The translations under genes and the position numbers were made by a program. From a virus (Duplodnaviria; Heunggongvirae; Uroviricota; Caudoviricetes): a stretch of 39,138 bases of DNA. Positions within the stretch are counted from its first letter, which is position 1. Each line of letters opens with the position of its first letter. The notes under the pieces were generated by a model. That model was not told the origin of the DNA and did not search any database. It saw nothing but the letters and a program-made list of their open reading frames with translations. Below are positions 8,953 through 17,290 of this stretch, piece after piece. The stretch lies in the IMG/VR virus record IMGVR_UViG_2541047828_000002, positions 1 through 39,138 of that record, one strand, 5' to 3'.

Positions 8953-9441
8953 ATGAGTCTTTTGAATGACGTTCAGAAATTCATTGAAGCCCATCCGGGC
9001 TGTACTTCCGGAGACATTGCGGATGCTTTTGCAGGTTACTCACGGCAGCGCGTTCTGCAGTCAGCAAGCAAGTTACGTCAGAGTGGGCGTGTGGCTCACC
9101 GTTGTGAAGGAGATACACGCAGACATTTCCCGCGCCTGACTGAGAGAGCGCAGGAGCCGGAACCACAACCAGTTCGTGAAACCAGACCTGTGCGCAATTT
9201 CTATGTCGGCACTAACGATCCCCGGGTGATTTTGTGCCTGACCCGCCAGGCTGAAGAACTGGAGTCTAGGGGCTTATACCGTCGTGCTGCAACGGTGTGG
9301 ATGGCGGCATTCCGTGAAAGCCACTCCCAGCCAGAACGAAACAATTTTCTGGCGCGTCGTGAGCGGTGCTTACGGAAAAGCAGCAAGCGCGCTGTATCGG
9401 GTGATGAGTGGTATCTGTCAGGGAATTACGTGGGGGCTTAA
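8953..9441 (+). CDS. hypothetical regulator-like protein (162 aa; possible PerC-like motif)
   Basis: ATG at 8953 directly after the replication gene. Segment LESRGLYRRAATVWMAAF resembles the PerC-family signature from memory. Weak call. Confidence 0.4.
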   Translation: MSLLNDVQKFIEAHPGCTSGDIADAFAGYSRQRVLQSASKLRQSGRVAHRCEGDTRRHFPRLTERAQEPEPQPVRETRPVRNFYVGTNDPRVILCLTRQAEELESRGLYRRAATVWMAAFRESHSQPERNNFLARRERCLRKSSKRAVSGDEWYLSGNYVGA

Positions 9442-10094
9442 TGAGTAATAAATATTGCCAGGCGCTGGTGGAGTTGCGAAACAAACCAGCCCATGAACTG
9501 AAGGAAGTGGGCGATCAGTGGCGCACACCGGACAACATTTTCTGGGGAATTAACACCCTGTTTGGCCCGTTTGTTCTGGATCTGTTTACTGACGGTGATA
9601 ACGCCAAATGCGCCGCGTATTACACGGCGGAAGACAACGCGCTGGCGCATGACTGGTCAGAACGTCTTGCGGAGCTTAAAGGTGCTGCCTTTGGAAATCC
9701 TCCATACAGCCGCGCCAGTCAGCATGAGGGGCAATACATCACCGGCATGCGTTACATCATGAAACATGCCAGTGCCATGCGTGATAAGGGCGGGCGCTAT
9801 GTTTTCCTGATCAAAGCTGCCACCAGCGAAGTGTGGTGGCCGGAAGATGCGGACCATATTGCTTTTATTCGCGGGCGTATTGGTTTTGAACTGCCTGCCT
9901 GGTTTATCCCGAAGGACGAGAAGCAGGTGCCGACAGGAGCGTTCTTCGCTGGTGCTATTGCTGTTTTCGACAAGACCTGGAAGGGACCGACAATCAGCTA
10001 CATCGGGCGCGATGAACTTGAGGCATGTGGTGAGGCCTTTCTGGCGCAGGTTCGCCAGCAGGCGGAAAAACTGGTCAGGGAGATGGCGGCATGA
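9441..10094 (+). CDS. phage DNA N6-adenine methyltransferase (Dam-like family)
   Basis: Catalytic (D/N)PPY motif present as FGNPPYSR. ATG at 9441 overlaps the upstream TAA (TAATG). Typical nin-region gene. Confidence 0.8.
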   Translation: MSNKYCQALVELRNKPAHELKEVGDQWRTPDNIFWGINTLFGPFVLDLFTDGDNAKCAAYYTAEDNALAHDWSERLAELKGAAFGNPPYSRASQHEGQYITGMRYIMKHASAMRDKGGRYVFLIKAATSEVWWPEDADHIAFIRGRIGFELPAWFIPKDEKQVPTGAFFAGAIAVFDKTWKGPTISYIGRDELEACGEAFLAQVRQQAEKLVREMAA

Positions 10095-10417
10095 CGACGT
10101 TAACTCAATGCCAGCAGCAGGTGCTGGATATGCTGATTTCTTACCAGAAAGAGCGTGGCTTTCCGCCAACCAATCAGGAGGTGGCAACCATGCTGGGATA
10201 CCGTTCAGTGAATGCAGCGGTAGAGCATCTTCGTGCACTGGAGAAAAAAGGCGTCATCACGATAAAGCGTGGCGTGGCCCGGGGGATAACGCTTCATACC
10301 GCGGTGAAGGACGACGACAGCGAGGCGGTCGGGATTATCCGCGCACTGCTTGCCGGTGAGGAAAACGCTAGGCTGCGTGCAGTCCACTGGTTACATGAGA
10401 GGGGCCTGAAAGTATGA
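10091..10417 (+). CDS. LexA N-terminal DNA-binding-domain homolog lacking the S24 peptidase domain
   Basis: LTQCQQQVLDMLISYQKERGFPPTNQEVATMLGYRSVNAAVEHLRALEKKGVITIKRGVARGITL aligns by eye with E. coli LexA 1-69 ([65 protein letters not shown]). The protein is only 108 aa with no SM/K peptidase motifs. Confidence 0.7.
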   Translation: MTTLTQCQQQVLDMLISYQKERGFPPTNQEVATMLGYRSVNAAVEHLRALEKKGVITIKRGVARGITLHTAVKDDDSEAVGIIRALLAGEENARLRAVHWLHERGLKV

Positions 10418-10803
10418 AGCTGATCTTGCCTTTCCCGCCCAGCGTGAACACGTACTGGCGACACCCCAACAAAGGGGCGTTTGCTGGTAAGAGTCTGATA
10501 AGCGCAGCGGGGCGCAAATTCCAGAGCGCGGCGTGCGCAGCAATAGTTGAGCAGTTACGTCGCCTGCCGAAACCAACGTCGGCACCTGCTTCAGTGGAGA
10601 TCGTGTTGTTTCCTCCGGATAACCGGATCCGCGATCTGGACAACTATAACAAGGCGCTGTTTGACGCCCTGACTCATGCGGGTGTGTGGGAAGACGACAG
10701 TCAGGTGAAAAGAATGCTGGTTGAGTGGGGACCGGTTATCCCGGGAGGGAAGGTCGAGATCACTATCAGTAAGTACGAGAAAACGGCGGGTGCAGCCGCC
10801 TGA
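10414..10803 (+). CDS. rusA: RusA-family Holliday junction resolvase
   Basis: LPFPPSVNTYWRH and RDLDNYNKALFDALTHAGVWEDDSQV match RusA signatures ([39 protein letters not shown]). Confidence 0.85.
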   Translation: MKLILPFPPSVNTYWRHPNKGAFAGKSLISAAGRKFQSAACAAIVEQLRRLPKPTSAPASVEIVLFPPDNRIRDLDNYNKALFDALTHAGVWEDDSQVKRMLVEWGPVIPGGKVEITISKYEKTAGAAA

Positions 10804-10822
10804 TCAAGAGGAGAAACGAAGT

Positions 10823-11620
10823 ATGAATAATCTGATGGTCATTGATGGTATTGAAGTTCGTCGTGATGCTTATGGGCGTTACAGCCTGAACGATCTGCAC
10901 AGGGCTGCCGGTTCTCTGGATAAGCATAAGCCTGCATTCTGGCTCCGCAATGAGCAAACTGAACGTTTAATAAGCGAGTTGCAGATTTGCAACTCGGTCA
11001 ATATAGAGCCAGTTAACGTTATTCGTGGCGGAAATAACCAGGGGACGTATGTCTGCAAAGAACTGGTGTATGCCTATGCAATGTGGATCAGCCCGTCATT
11101 CCATCTGAAGGTGATCCGTACTTTCGATATGGTAACCAGCGCATCGGAAAAATTATCCGGACAGGCTGCTGACAAGATGCAGGCTGGTGTGATTCTGCTG
11201 GACTTTATGCGCCGGGAATTAAACCTGTCTAACTCTTCAGTGCTTGGTGCCTGTCAGAAACTCCAGGAGGCTGTTGGCTTACCGAATCTGGCACCGCGCT
11301 ATGCCATTGATGCTCCTGCTGATGCACACGATGGCTCAAGTCGCCCGACACTGTCACTGAGTGCACTGCTGAAACAGTATGGTATACGCCTGACGGCTAA
11401 TCAGGCATATCACCAGATGGTGAAGCTGGGGATCGTCGAGCAGCGCGAACGATACAGCCGTACCGCGATTAACAACATCAAAAAATTCTGGTCGCTGACA
11501 GCGAAAGGCTGCATGTTCGGCAAGAACATCACCAGTCCCGCAAATCCGCGCGAGACGCAGCCGCATTTCTTCGAATCCCGATTCCCTGAGCTGTTAAAGC
11601 TGCTCGATACCGTTCATTGA
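10823..11620 (+). CDS. KilA-N domain protein (antirepressor-like)
   Basis: Start with RBS AGGAG. N-terminus MNNLMVIDGIEVRRDAYGRYSLNDLHRAAG...KPAFWLRNEQT is typical of KilA-N/Ant N-terminal domains. Confidence 0.6.
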   Translation: MNNLMVIDGIEVRRDAYGRYSLNDLHRAAGSLDKHKPAFWLRNEQTERLISELQICNSVNIEPVNVIRGGNNQGTYVCKELVYAYAMWISPSFHLKVIRTFDMVTSASEKLSGQAADKMQAGVILLDFMRRELNLSNSSVLGACQKLQEAVGLPNLAPRYAIDAPADAHDGSSRPTLSLSALLKQYGIRLTANQAYHQMVKLGIVEQRERYSRTAINNIKKFWSLTAKGCMFGKNITSPANPRETQPHFFESRFPELLKLLDTVH

Positions 11621-11621
11621 G

Positions 11622-12617
11622 GTGACCGTGAGAGCACTACTGACCCCTGAAATTGCCCCGCGTATGGGGATCGTATTGTTCAGGCCAGGTTCAGAGCTGA
11701 TGCCCCTGTTTATGCAGGGGCGTGTCCTGCTGGAGCCTGAGCCGGAGCGTTATTCATCTTTCGCCAGTGGTGCCGTTCCGGCGGCATCACAACCGCTGGC
11801 GGATGATCCTGCCGTTCGGGCCGTGTTCCGCAATGAGGCAGTGATCCGTCGTGCTGGTGGCGTGGAATGTCTTGAAAGCTGGTTACTTCGTGAAAAAGGC
11901 TGCCAGTGGCCTCATTCCAACTGGCACAGCGAGAACATGACTACAATGCGACACGCGCCTGGCGCAATCCGTCTGTGCTGGCACTGCGATAACCAACTGC
12001 GCGATCAGTTCACGGAACGGCTGGAATCAATGGCAACGGATAACTGTGCCCGCTGGGTGTTGTCTGTTGTGCGTCGGGATCTCGGTTTTGATGATAGTCA
12101 CGTTGTGACAATGCCGGAACTGTGCTGGTGGCTGGTTCGTAATGATCTGGCGGATGTCTTACCGGAAAGCGCAGCCCGTAAGGCACTGAGATTACCGAAG
12201 CCTGTTGTGCCGTCTGTCACCCGGGAAAGTGACCTTGTGCCTTCGGTTCCAGCCACCAGCATCATGCAGGATAAAGCGAAAAAGGTGCTGGCGCTGAAAG
12301 TGGAGCCGGAGTCGCCGGAGTCTTTTATGTTACGCCCCAAACGTCGCCGCTGGGTTAATGAAAAGTACACGCGCTGGGTTAAGACACAGCCGTGTGCATG
12401 TTGTGGAAAGCCTGCTGATGATCCCCACCACCTGATAGGCCACGGTCAGGGGGGAATGAGTACAAAAGCGCATGACCTCTTTGTGTTGCCTTTGTGCAGA
12501 AAGCATCACGACGAGCTGCATGCGGATACCGTGGCATTTGAAGAGAAGTATGGCTCCCAGCTGGAGCTGATATTTCGTTTTATCGACCGTGTGTTGGCAA
12601 TTGGTGTGCTAGCCTGA
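11622..12617 (+). CDS. DUF968-like protein with C-terminal HNH-like Cys/His motif
   Basis: GTG start. C-terminal CACCGKPADDPHHLIGHG...HDLFVLPLCRKHHDELH resembles a zinc-binding HNH-type motif found in prophage YdfU-like proteins. Confidence 0.5.
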   Translation: MTVRALLTPEIAPRMGIVLFRPGSELMPLFMQGRVLLEPEPERYSSFASGAVPAASQPLADDPAVRAVFRNEAVIRRAGGVECLESWLLREKGCQWPHSNWHSENMTTMRHAPGAIRLCWHCDNQLRDQFTERLESMATDNCARWVLSVVRRDLGFDDSHVVTMPELCWWLVRNDLADVLPESAARKALRLPKPVVPSVTRESDLVPSVPATSIMQDKAKKVLALKVEPESPESFMLRPKRRRWVNEKYTRWVKTQPCACCGKPADDPHHLIGHGQGGMSTKAHDLFVLPLCRKHHDELHADTVAFEEKYGSQLELIFRFIDRVLAIGVLA

Positions 12618-12634
12618 TTTGGTGGAGAAAGTTG

Positions 12635-13000
12635 ATGCGTGATATTCAGATGGTTCTGGAGCGTTGGGGGGCATGGGCGGCGAGTGATAGTTCAGGCGTT
12701 GATTATTCACCTATAGCCGCTGGGTTTAAGGGACTTCTTCCCTATACAAGCAAGAAACGCTTGGCTTGTTCGGATAGTGATGCCTTAATTATTGAAGGTT
12801 GTCTTGCTCGTCTAAAGCAAAAAAGGCCGGACGAACATTCGCTTCTTGTTGCCCATTACCTATACGGTATCTCTAAAAGAAAGCTCGCCAAGGCTCGTAA
12901 AAAAGATGAGAAATTGATACGTATAGAAATACAGCTAGCCGAAGGATTTATTGATGGCTGCCTTTCCATGCTAGATCTAACATTAGATTTGGACGTTTAA
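12635..13000 (+). CDS. late-gene antiterminator Q (short Q family)
   Basis: MRDIQMVLERWGAWAA...IAAGFKGLL... resembles the remembered short Q-type antiterminator family. RBS GGAG 7 nt upstream. Sits at the end of the early-right operon. Confidence 0.65.
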   Translation: MRDIQMVLERWGAWAASDSSGVDYSPIAAGFKGLLPYTSKKRLACSDSDALIIEGCLARLKQKRPDEHSLLVAHYLYGISKRKLAKARKKDEKLIRIEIQLAEGFIDGCLSMLDLTLDLDV

Positions 13001-13001
13001 T

Positions 13002-13026
13002 AATACGCCCCTGCATGGGGCGTATT
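13002..13026. terminator. bidirectional hairpin between convergent Q and KAP NTPase genes
   Basis: AATACGCCCC-TGCAT-GGGGCGTATT, a perfect 10-bp stem followed by TATTTACT on the plus strand. Lies between the Q stop (13000) and the KAP stop (13029). Confidence 0.6.
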
Positions 13027-13028
13027 AT

Positions 13029-14360
13029 TTACTGGATGAATGACATTTGATTAATATATTTTATCAATAACTCTCTGGGTGTAGTACTCCAAAAATTTAT
13101 GTGTTCATAATCAGTATAAACATTTGTGAATTTTTTAAGTTCTTCATCACTTTTAGGGGCAAATCGCTCATTAAGAGTAATACTGTCTTTAATTATTCCG
13201 AAGAATACAATGGATATTTCAGGGATTTGCGATCTTCTCTCATAAGAATAAGGTATTTCTTTTATGTTAAGCAGGTCTGCTAAATAAGATATAGATTCAG
13301 CGGTAATTTCTTGTTTTAGTTTTTCCTTGTTACCAAAGCAATGTATGAAGGCAGCTACGACAAAGATCATATTTATTAAAGGATCACTGCTTTTGTTCTC
13401 ATCGTCGTTTAACAGTTGAAAAATGTTAAGATTGCGTGAAAATGTTTGTGTTTCACGTAATGATAAGTTGGTTCGTTGAATTAAATCACGGATAAAGTAA
13501 CCTGATAATCTATTGATTTTATTCAATAACCTTGTTTTTTCTACAAGGTAATCCCAATATATAACAGAGGCTTTACATACGTTGTGACCATTTATCAAAC
13601 ATGTATCTGGAAGCGTGATGGTATATTTTATAAACTTGTCAAGATACTTTTGTGAGTTAATGCTATAACCATAAATATGATTTATAGATGCTTTTAATTG
13701 TTCTGTGTTTGTAACTAAAATAAAAAAGACATTATTGATGTCAAAAATGTGTTTTATTGTTTCAATGACATTTGTTGAAAAACTCGGCTTACATCGGTCT
13801 AATTCATCAATTATAATTACGATTTTTTGATTTTTTGATATGCTTTCGATGCAGGATTTAAGTGAATTTATGTTTTTCTCTGAGTCCATATGGTCTTCAA
13901 GCAAATTTTCAATAGTCCCATCTATTGCTGCATTGCTTGCTTTCTTCATCGCATCTTGGAATTCTTCGGCAACTTCACTAGCCTCCTGTCGTAAAAACCA
14001 ACCTGCACCAGCTTTTAGTACCGTTTTTAAACCAAAGCGAATTGCAGGAAGAGATCTCTTAATGAAGTGTTGTTTTTCTTCCTCAGGCAAAATGCTGGCA
14101 ATTGCAGAGGTTATGAGAAGTAATGGAGATTCTGCATGATCCCCTTTAAAGGCATCAATATAAACAACTTTAGATTCAGTTTCTTGCTCAATAATGAGAT
14201 TTTTCAGTTTGATACTAAATTCTGTTTTCCCTGTTCCCCATGCGCCGTCTATTACCAGTGGTGAAATGTCTGCCTCTGGTTTTAGCAACTTGATGATATT
14301 TTCAGCGATGTTTCTTCGTTGGAACTCGTCACGTTCAGTGAAAGATAGTGTATCTAACAT
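13029..14360 (-). CDS. KAP-family P-loop NTPase (PifA-like), candidate abortive-infection/defence protein
   Basis: 443-aa AT-rich ORF on the opposite strand to the phage backbone. Walker A VIDGAWGTGKTEF and Walker B-like KIVIIIDELDRCKP are hallmarks of KAP NTPases. RBS AGGAG upstream. Confidence 0.85.
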   Translation of the reverse strand: MLDTLSFTERDEFQRRNIAENIIKLLKPEADISPLVIDGAWGTGKTEFSIKLKNLIIEQETESKVVYIDAFKGDHAESPLLLITSAIASILPEEEKQHFIKRSLPAIRFGLKTVLKAGAGWFLRQEASEVAEEFQDAMKKASNAAIDGTIENLLEDHMDSEKNINSLKSCIESISKNQKIVIIIDELDRCKPSFSTNVIETIKHIFDINNVFFILVTNTEQLKASINHIYGYSINSQKYLDKFIKYTITLPDTCLINGHNVCKASVIYWDYLVEKTRLLNKINRLSGYFIRDLIQRTNLSLRETQTFSRNLNIFQLLNDDENKSSDPLINMIFVVAAFIHCFGNKEKLKQEITAESISYLADLLNIKEIPYSYERRSQIPEISIVFFGIIKDSITLNERFAPKSDEELKKFTNVYTDYEHINFWSTTPRELLIKYINQMSFIQ

Positions 14361-14484
14361 AATATAAACCTATTAACTCCTACAGTAAAAAACGAATAAT
14401 ACGACTTTGGGATTAAAAATCATTAACGCGGTCCGCAAAAATTCTTGTAATCTGTTAAGAGTGGTTACTTCGCCACACAGCTTA

Positions 14485-14515
14485 AACCCGCCGTCGAGCG
14501 GGTTTTGTCGTTTCT
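14485..14515 (+). terminator. tR'-like intrinsic terminator in the putative late promoter/qut region
   Basis: AACCCGC-CGTCGA-GCGGGTT hairpin followed by TTGTCGTTTCTG. Lies upstream of the holin gene, as the lambda PR'-tR' unit does. Confidence 0.5.
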
Positions 14516-14657
14516 GGGCTTTGGTATTCGTTGGGCTTGGTCTATCTAGCTCTTATCCATTGGCTCGGCTTCTTTTACGTTTCCGCTTCTGATTTGCGGT
14601 TCGTGGTACTCCCTCAATTTGCACCTCTTGTATCGGCGAGGTGAGAGATAACTACAA

Positions 14658-14984
14658 ATGCCTCATAACCCAAATACCTGGCTGGAGTTGGTCCAGAGCT
14701 GGTGGCGTGGAGACACACCGCTGGGCGCAGTGATTATGTCGATTGTTATGGCTGGTTTACGTATCGCCTATTTTGGCGGTGGTGGCGGTTGGAAGCGAAA
14801 AACACTCGAAATTCTACTCTGTGGCGCTCTGACGCTGACTTTTGCATCCGCTCTTGAGTATGTCGGATGGCCTAAATCACTATCTGTTGCCATTGGTGGT
14901 GGGGGGGGGCTGATCGGTGTCGATGCTATTCGTGGGGCTGCAATGCGAGTAATCGGTAACAAATTTGGTGGCTCTAAGGAGTAA
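14658..14984 (+). CDS. holin (lambda S-like size and topology)
   Basis: 108-aa product with hydrophobic segments and a charged C-terminus, immediately upstream of the endolysin. Contains two oligo-Gly runs, one encoded by a G9 tract. Confidence 0.7.
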   Translation: MPHNPNTWLELVQSWWRGDTPLGAVIMSIVMAGLRIAYFGGGGGWKRKTLEILLCGALTLTFASALEYVGWPKSLSVAIGGGGGLIGVDAIRGAAMRVIGNKFGGSKE

Positions 14985-14987
14985 TTT

Positions 14988-15464
14988 ATGCAGGTACTAA
15001 ATTCCCAGCGTAAAGCTTTCCTGGATATGGTGGCATGGTCAGAAGGAACGGATAACGGGCGACAACCGACACGTAACCACGGTTATGACGTTATTGTTGG
15101 TGGTGAACTGTTTACTGATTACTCCGATCATCCTCACAAACTTGTCACGCTAAACCCGAAACTTAAATCAACAGCTGCCGGACGTTATCAGCTTCTTTCC
15201 CGTTGGTGGGATGCTTACCGTAAACAGCTTGGTTTGAAAGACTTCTCCCCCAAAAGCCAGGACGCTGTGGCATTGCAGCAGATTAAAGAGCGTGGCGCTT
15301 TACCGATGATTGATCGCGGTGATATCCGTCAGGCAATCGACCGTTGCAGCAATATCTGGGCTTCACTGCCGGGCGCTGGTTACGGTCAGTATGAACATAA
15401 AATCGGTGACCTGATTGCCCGATTTAAAGAGGCTGGTGGGGTGGTAAATGAAGTTGAGCTATAA
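14988..15464 (+). CDS. R: endolysin, lambda R-type lytic transglycosylase
   Basis: NSQRKAFLDMVAWSEGTDNGRQPTRNHGYDVIVGGELFTDYSDHPHKLVTLNPKLKS... is near-identical to remembered lambda R. RBS AAGGAG. Confidence 0.92.
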   Translation: MQVLNSQRKAFLDMVAWSEGTDNGRQPTRNHGYDVIVGGELFTDYSDHPHKLVTLNPKLKSTAAGRYQLLSRWWDAYRKQLGLKDFSPKSQDAVALQQIKERGALPMIDRGDIRQAIDRCSNIWASLPGAGYGQYEHKIGDLIARFKEAGGVVNEVEL

Positions 15465-15915
15465 GTTGGTTATCGCTGCTTTCTTCGTTACTGTCATTGG
15501 TTCTTTTATCTTTTCAGCGAATCATTACCACAATAAAGCCATTGAATACAAAAAGCAGCGCGACGAAAACGCAATGGCATTAGATTCGGCTATGGCGACG
15601 CTCTCTGATATGCAGAAGCGTCAACGTGACGTAGCAGAACTTGACGCCAGATATACAAAGGAGCTTGCTGATGCTAACGCGACTATCGAAAGTCTCCGTG
15701 CTGATGTTTCTGCTGGCCGTAAGTGGCTGCGCGTCAAAGCAGTCTGTCCCGACATGCATAAAATCACCGCCGCCTCCGGCGTGGATGATGGCTCCAGCCC
15801 CAGACTTACTGACACCGCTCAACGGGATTATTTCGTTCTCAGAGAGCGCATTGAAACCATAACTAACCAATTGAATGGCCTGCAAGAGTATGTGAGATCA
15901 CAGTGTTCATATTAG
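15448..15915 (+). CDS. Rz: Rz i-spanin
   Basis: N-terminal transmembrane segment. RQRDVAELDARYTKELADA...ASGVDDGSSPRLTDTAQRDYFVLRER resembles lambda Rz. Overlaps the R 3' end. Confidence 0.85.
   Translation: MKLSYKLVIAAFFVTVIGSFIFSANHYHNKAIEYKKQRDENAMALDSAMATLSDMQKRQRDVAELDARYTKELADANATIESLRADVSAGRKWLRVKAVCPDMHKITAASGVDDGSSPRLTDTAQRDYFVLRERIETITNQLNGLQEYVRSQCSY
15671..15862 (+). CDS. Rz1: Rz1 o-spanin lipoprotein, embedded in the +1 frame of Rz
   Basis: Lipobox LLAVSGC, then proline-rich SKQSVPTCIKSPPPPAWMMAPAPDLLTPLNGII, similar to lambda Rz1. Start taken at the internal Met. Confidence 0.75.
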   Translation: MLTRLSKVSVLMFLLAVSGCASKQSVPTCIKSPPPPAWMMAPAPDLLTPLNGIISFSESALKP

Positions 15916-15953
15916 AAAAGTCTTACCATAAGATTTTTGTATATGGATGCATT

Positions 15954-16328
15954 ATGTCTCAATACGCGCGTGCTGCTTTAATTGCTTATTATTTGGTTGC
16001 TGATAATTCATTATCCCCTCGTGATGCATGGGAGGCTGCTGTCGCTGAGGTTACAGAAAGCGAATCGGCAAGAAAGAAAGGATGCCCAAGGGCAACGTTT
16101 CTCGCTCTGACGGATAGCGGTTATCTGAAGAATGTAAAACCACAGCATGGGGAGAGAAAGGTCGGTAAGTTGTACCAAAGGGCAATTGAAGTTGCGAATC
16201 TGATTCTTGATTTGCCCGGAATCAGCAAAGCTGAGTTAGTTGATAAAACTTGCTATAAAGACAGGCAAGGGTCTTATGACATTGTTCTGACACTCGCTCA
16301 GTACGGATTTCTTCAACGTCCTCAGTAA
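15954..16328 (+). CDS. hypothetical protein (124 aa)
   Basis: ORF after the lysis cassette, followed by a hairpin terminator. Start uncertain (alternative ATG at 15903). No family recognised. Confidence 0.45.
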   Translation: MSQYARAALIAYYLVADNSLSPRDAWEAAVAEVTESESARKKGCPRATFLALTDSGYLKNVKPQHGERKVGKLYQRAIEVANLILDLPGISKAELVDKTCYKDRQGSYDIVLTLAQYGFLQRPQ

Positions 16329-16345
16329 GATATCAAGTGATTTAT

Positions 16346-16370
16346 GGCCTCGCTTTTAGCGGGGCTTTTT
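16346..16370 (+). terminator. intrinsic terminator
   Basis: GGCCTCGC-TTTTA-GCGGGGCT hairpin with G-U pairs, followed by TTTTT. Confidence 0.55.
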
Positions 16371-16519
16371 CACATCTGAATTTCACTGCGCACCCCACGC
16401 GCACATTATCACCCGAGCCTTTCAGAAAGTTGAGCCTGAGAACTGCCGTATATGGTGGCGACCATCTCGGGGCGGCTTTTCTGTGGGGCAGGCTCAATTT
16501 TCTAAAAGGTAAAAGCGCT

Positions 16520-17017
16520 ATGAAAGCAATCACGCTTTTTAATACACCGATCCGTGTTGATGAATCAGGAATGATCTGCCTCACTGACATGTGGAAAGCT
16601 AGTGGTAAAAGTGAATCTGAATCGCCGTACCACTACCTGCGAAACAAGCAGACCAAAGAGTTCTTGGCTGAGCTGGAGAAAAACCACGAATCTGTGGTTT
16701 TTACGGAACGCGGTGTGCACGGTGGAACTTATGGAGGAAAGTTCGTTGCTTATGATTACGCAGCATGGCTAAACCCTGAATTTAAATATGCAGCCTATAA
16801 AGTCCTCGATGACTACTTCACCGGAGAGCTTCAGCATCGCAGCAGCTTAAGTGCACAGCTCAATATGAAGTGTCACGAGTTTGATCAGAAGAAAGATATG
16901 GCGAGCTTTTGCGGGCAGGGACTGGCTGCTTGGCGTTACACCAAGCCAGTTCTGATGGCTGAAATTAGTAACCTGGCTACCCAGCTGCAGCTCACAATAC
17001 CCGGGCTGCATTCATAA
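16520..17017 (+). CDS. KilA-N domain protein
   Basis: MKAITLFNTPIRVDESGMICLTDMWKASGK...YHYLRNKQTKEFL is a KilA-N-like N-terminus. ATG 16520 follows AAGG. Confidence 0.6.
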   Translation: MKAITLFNTPIRVDESGMICLTDMWKASGKSESESPYHYLRNKQTKEFLAELEKNHESVVFTERGVHGGTYGGKFVAYDYAAWLNPEFKYAAYKVLDDYFTGELQHRSSLSAQLNMKCHEFDQKKDMASFCGQGLAAWRYTKPVLMAEISNLATQLQLTIPGLHS

Positions 17018-17290
17018 GCGCTCGAATCAATATGCCTACCACACCGCTCGTGTGCGGATGAACAGTGTCAGCTCATGTAAGACAGCAGATTGTTCAACCA
17101 TATGTGGAAGTGTTCCAATATCCAATTTGCGCAAAGCTTTATTATCATCTTAAGTAAGATATTGATTATCAGATTGATTAAATAATCTTTTTTCATAGTC
17201 CCTCTTCAATATTCAGTTTTAATGGAGGGAAGAATGCGGAGTTTGTGATTTGCGTTGTAGACAGAGAAGAGTTAAACGAGTCGATTTCTC

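Noticed and set aside
9657-10238. 193-aa minus-strand ORF across the methyltransferase and LexA-like genes
   Set aside because: Antisense to two plus-strand genes with clear motifs (NPPY, LexA-like DBD); no independent support.
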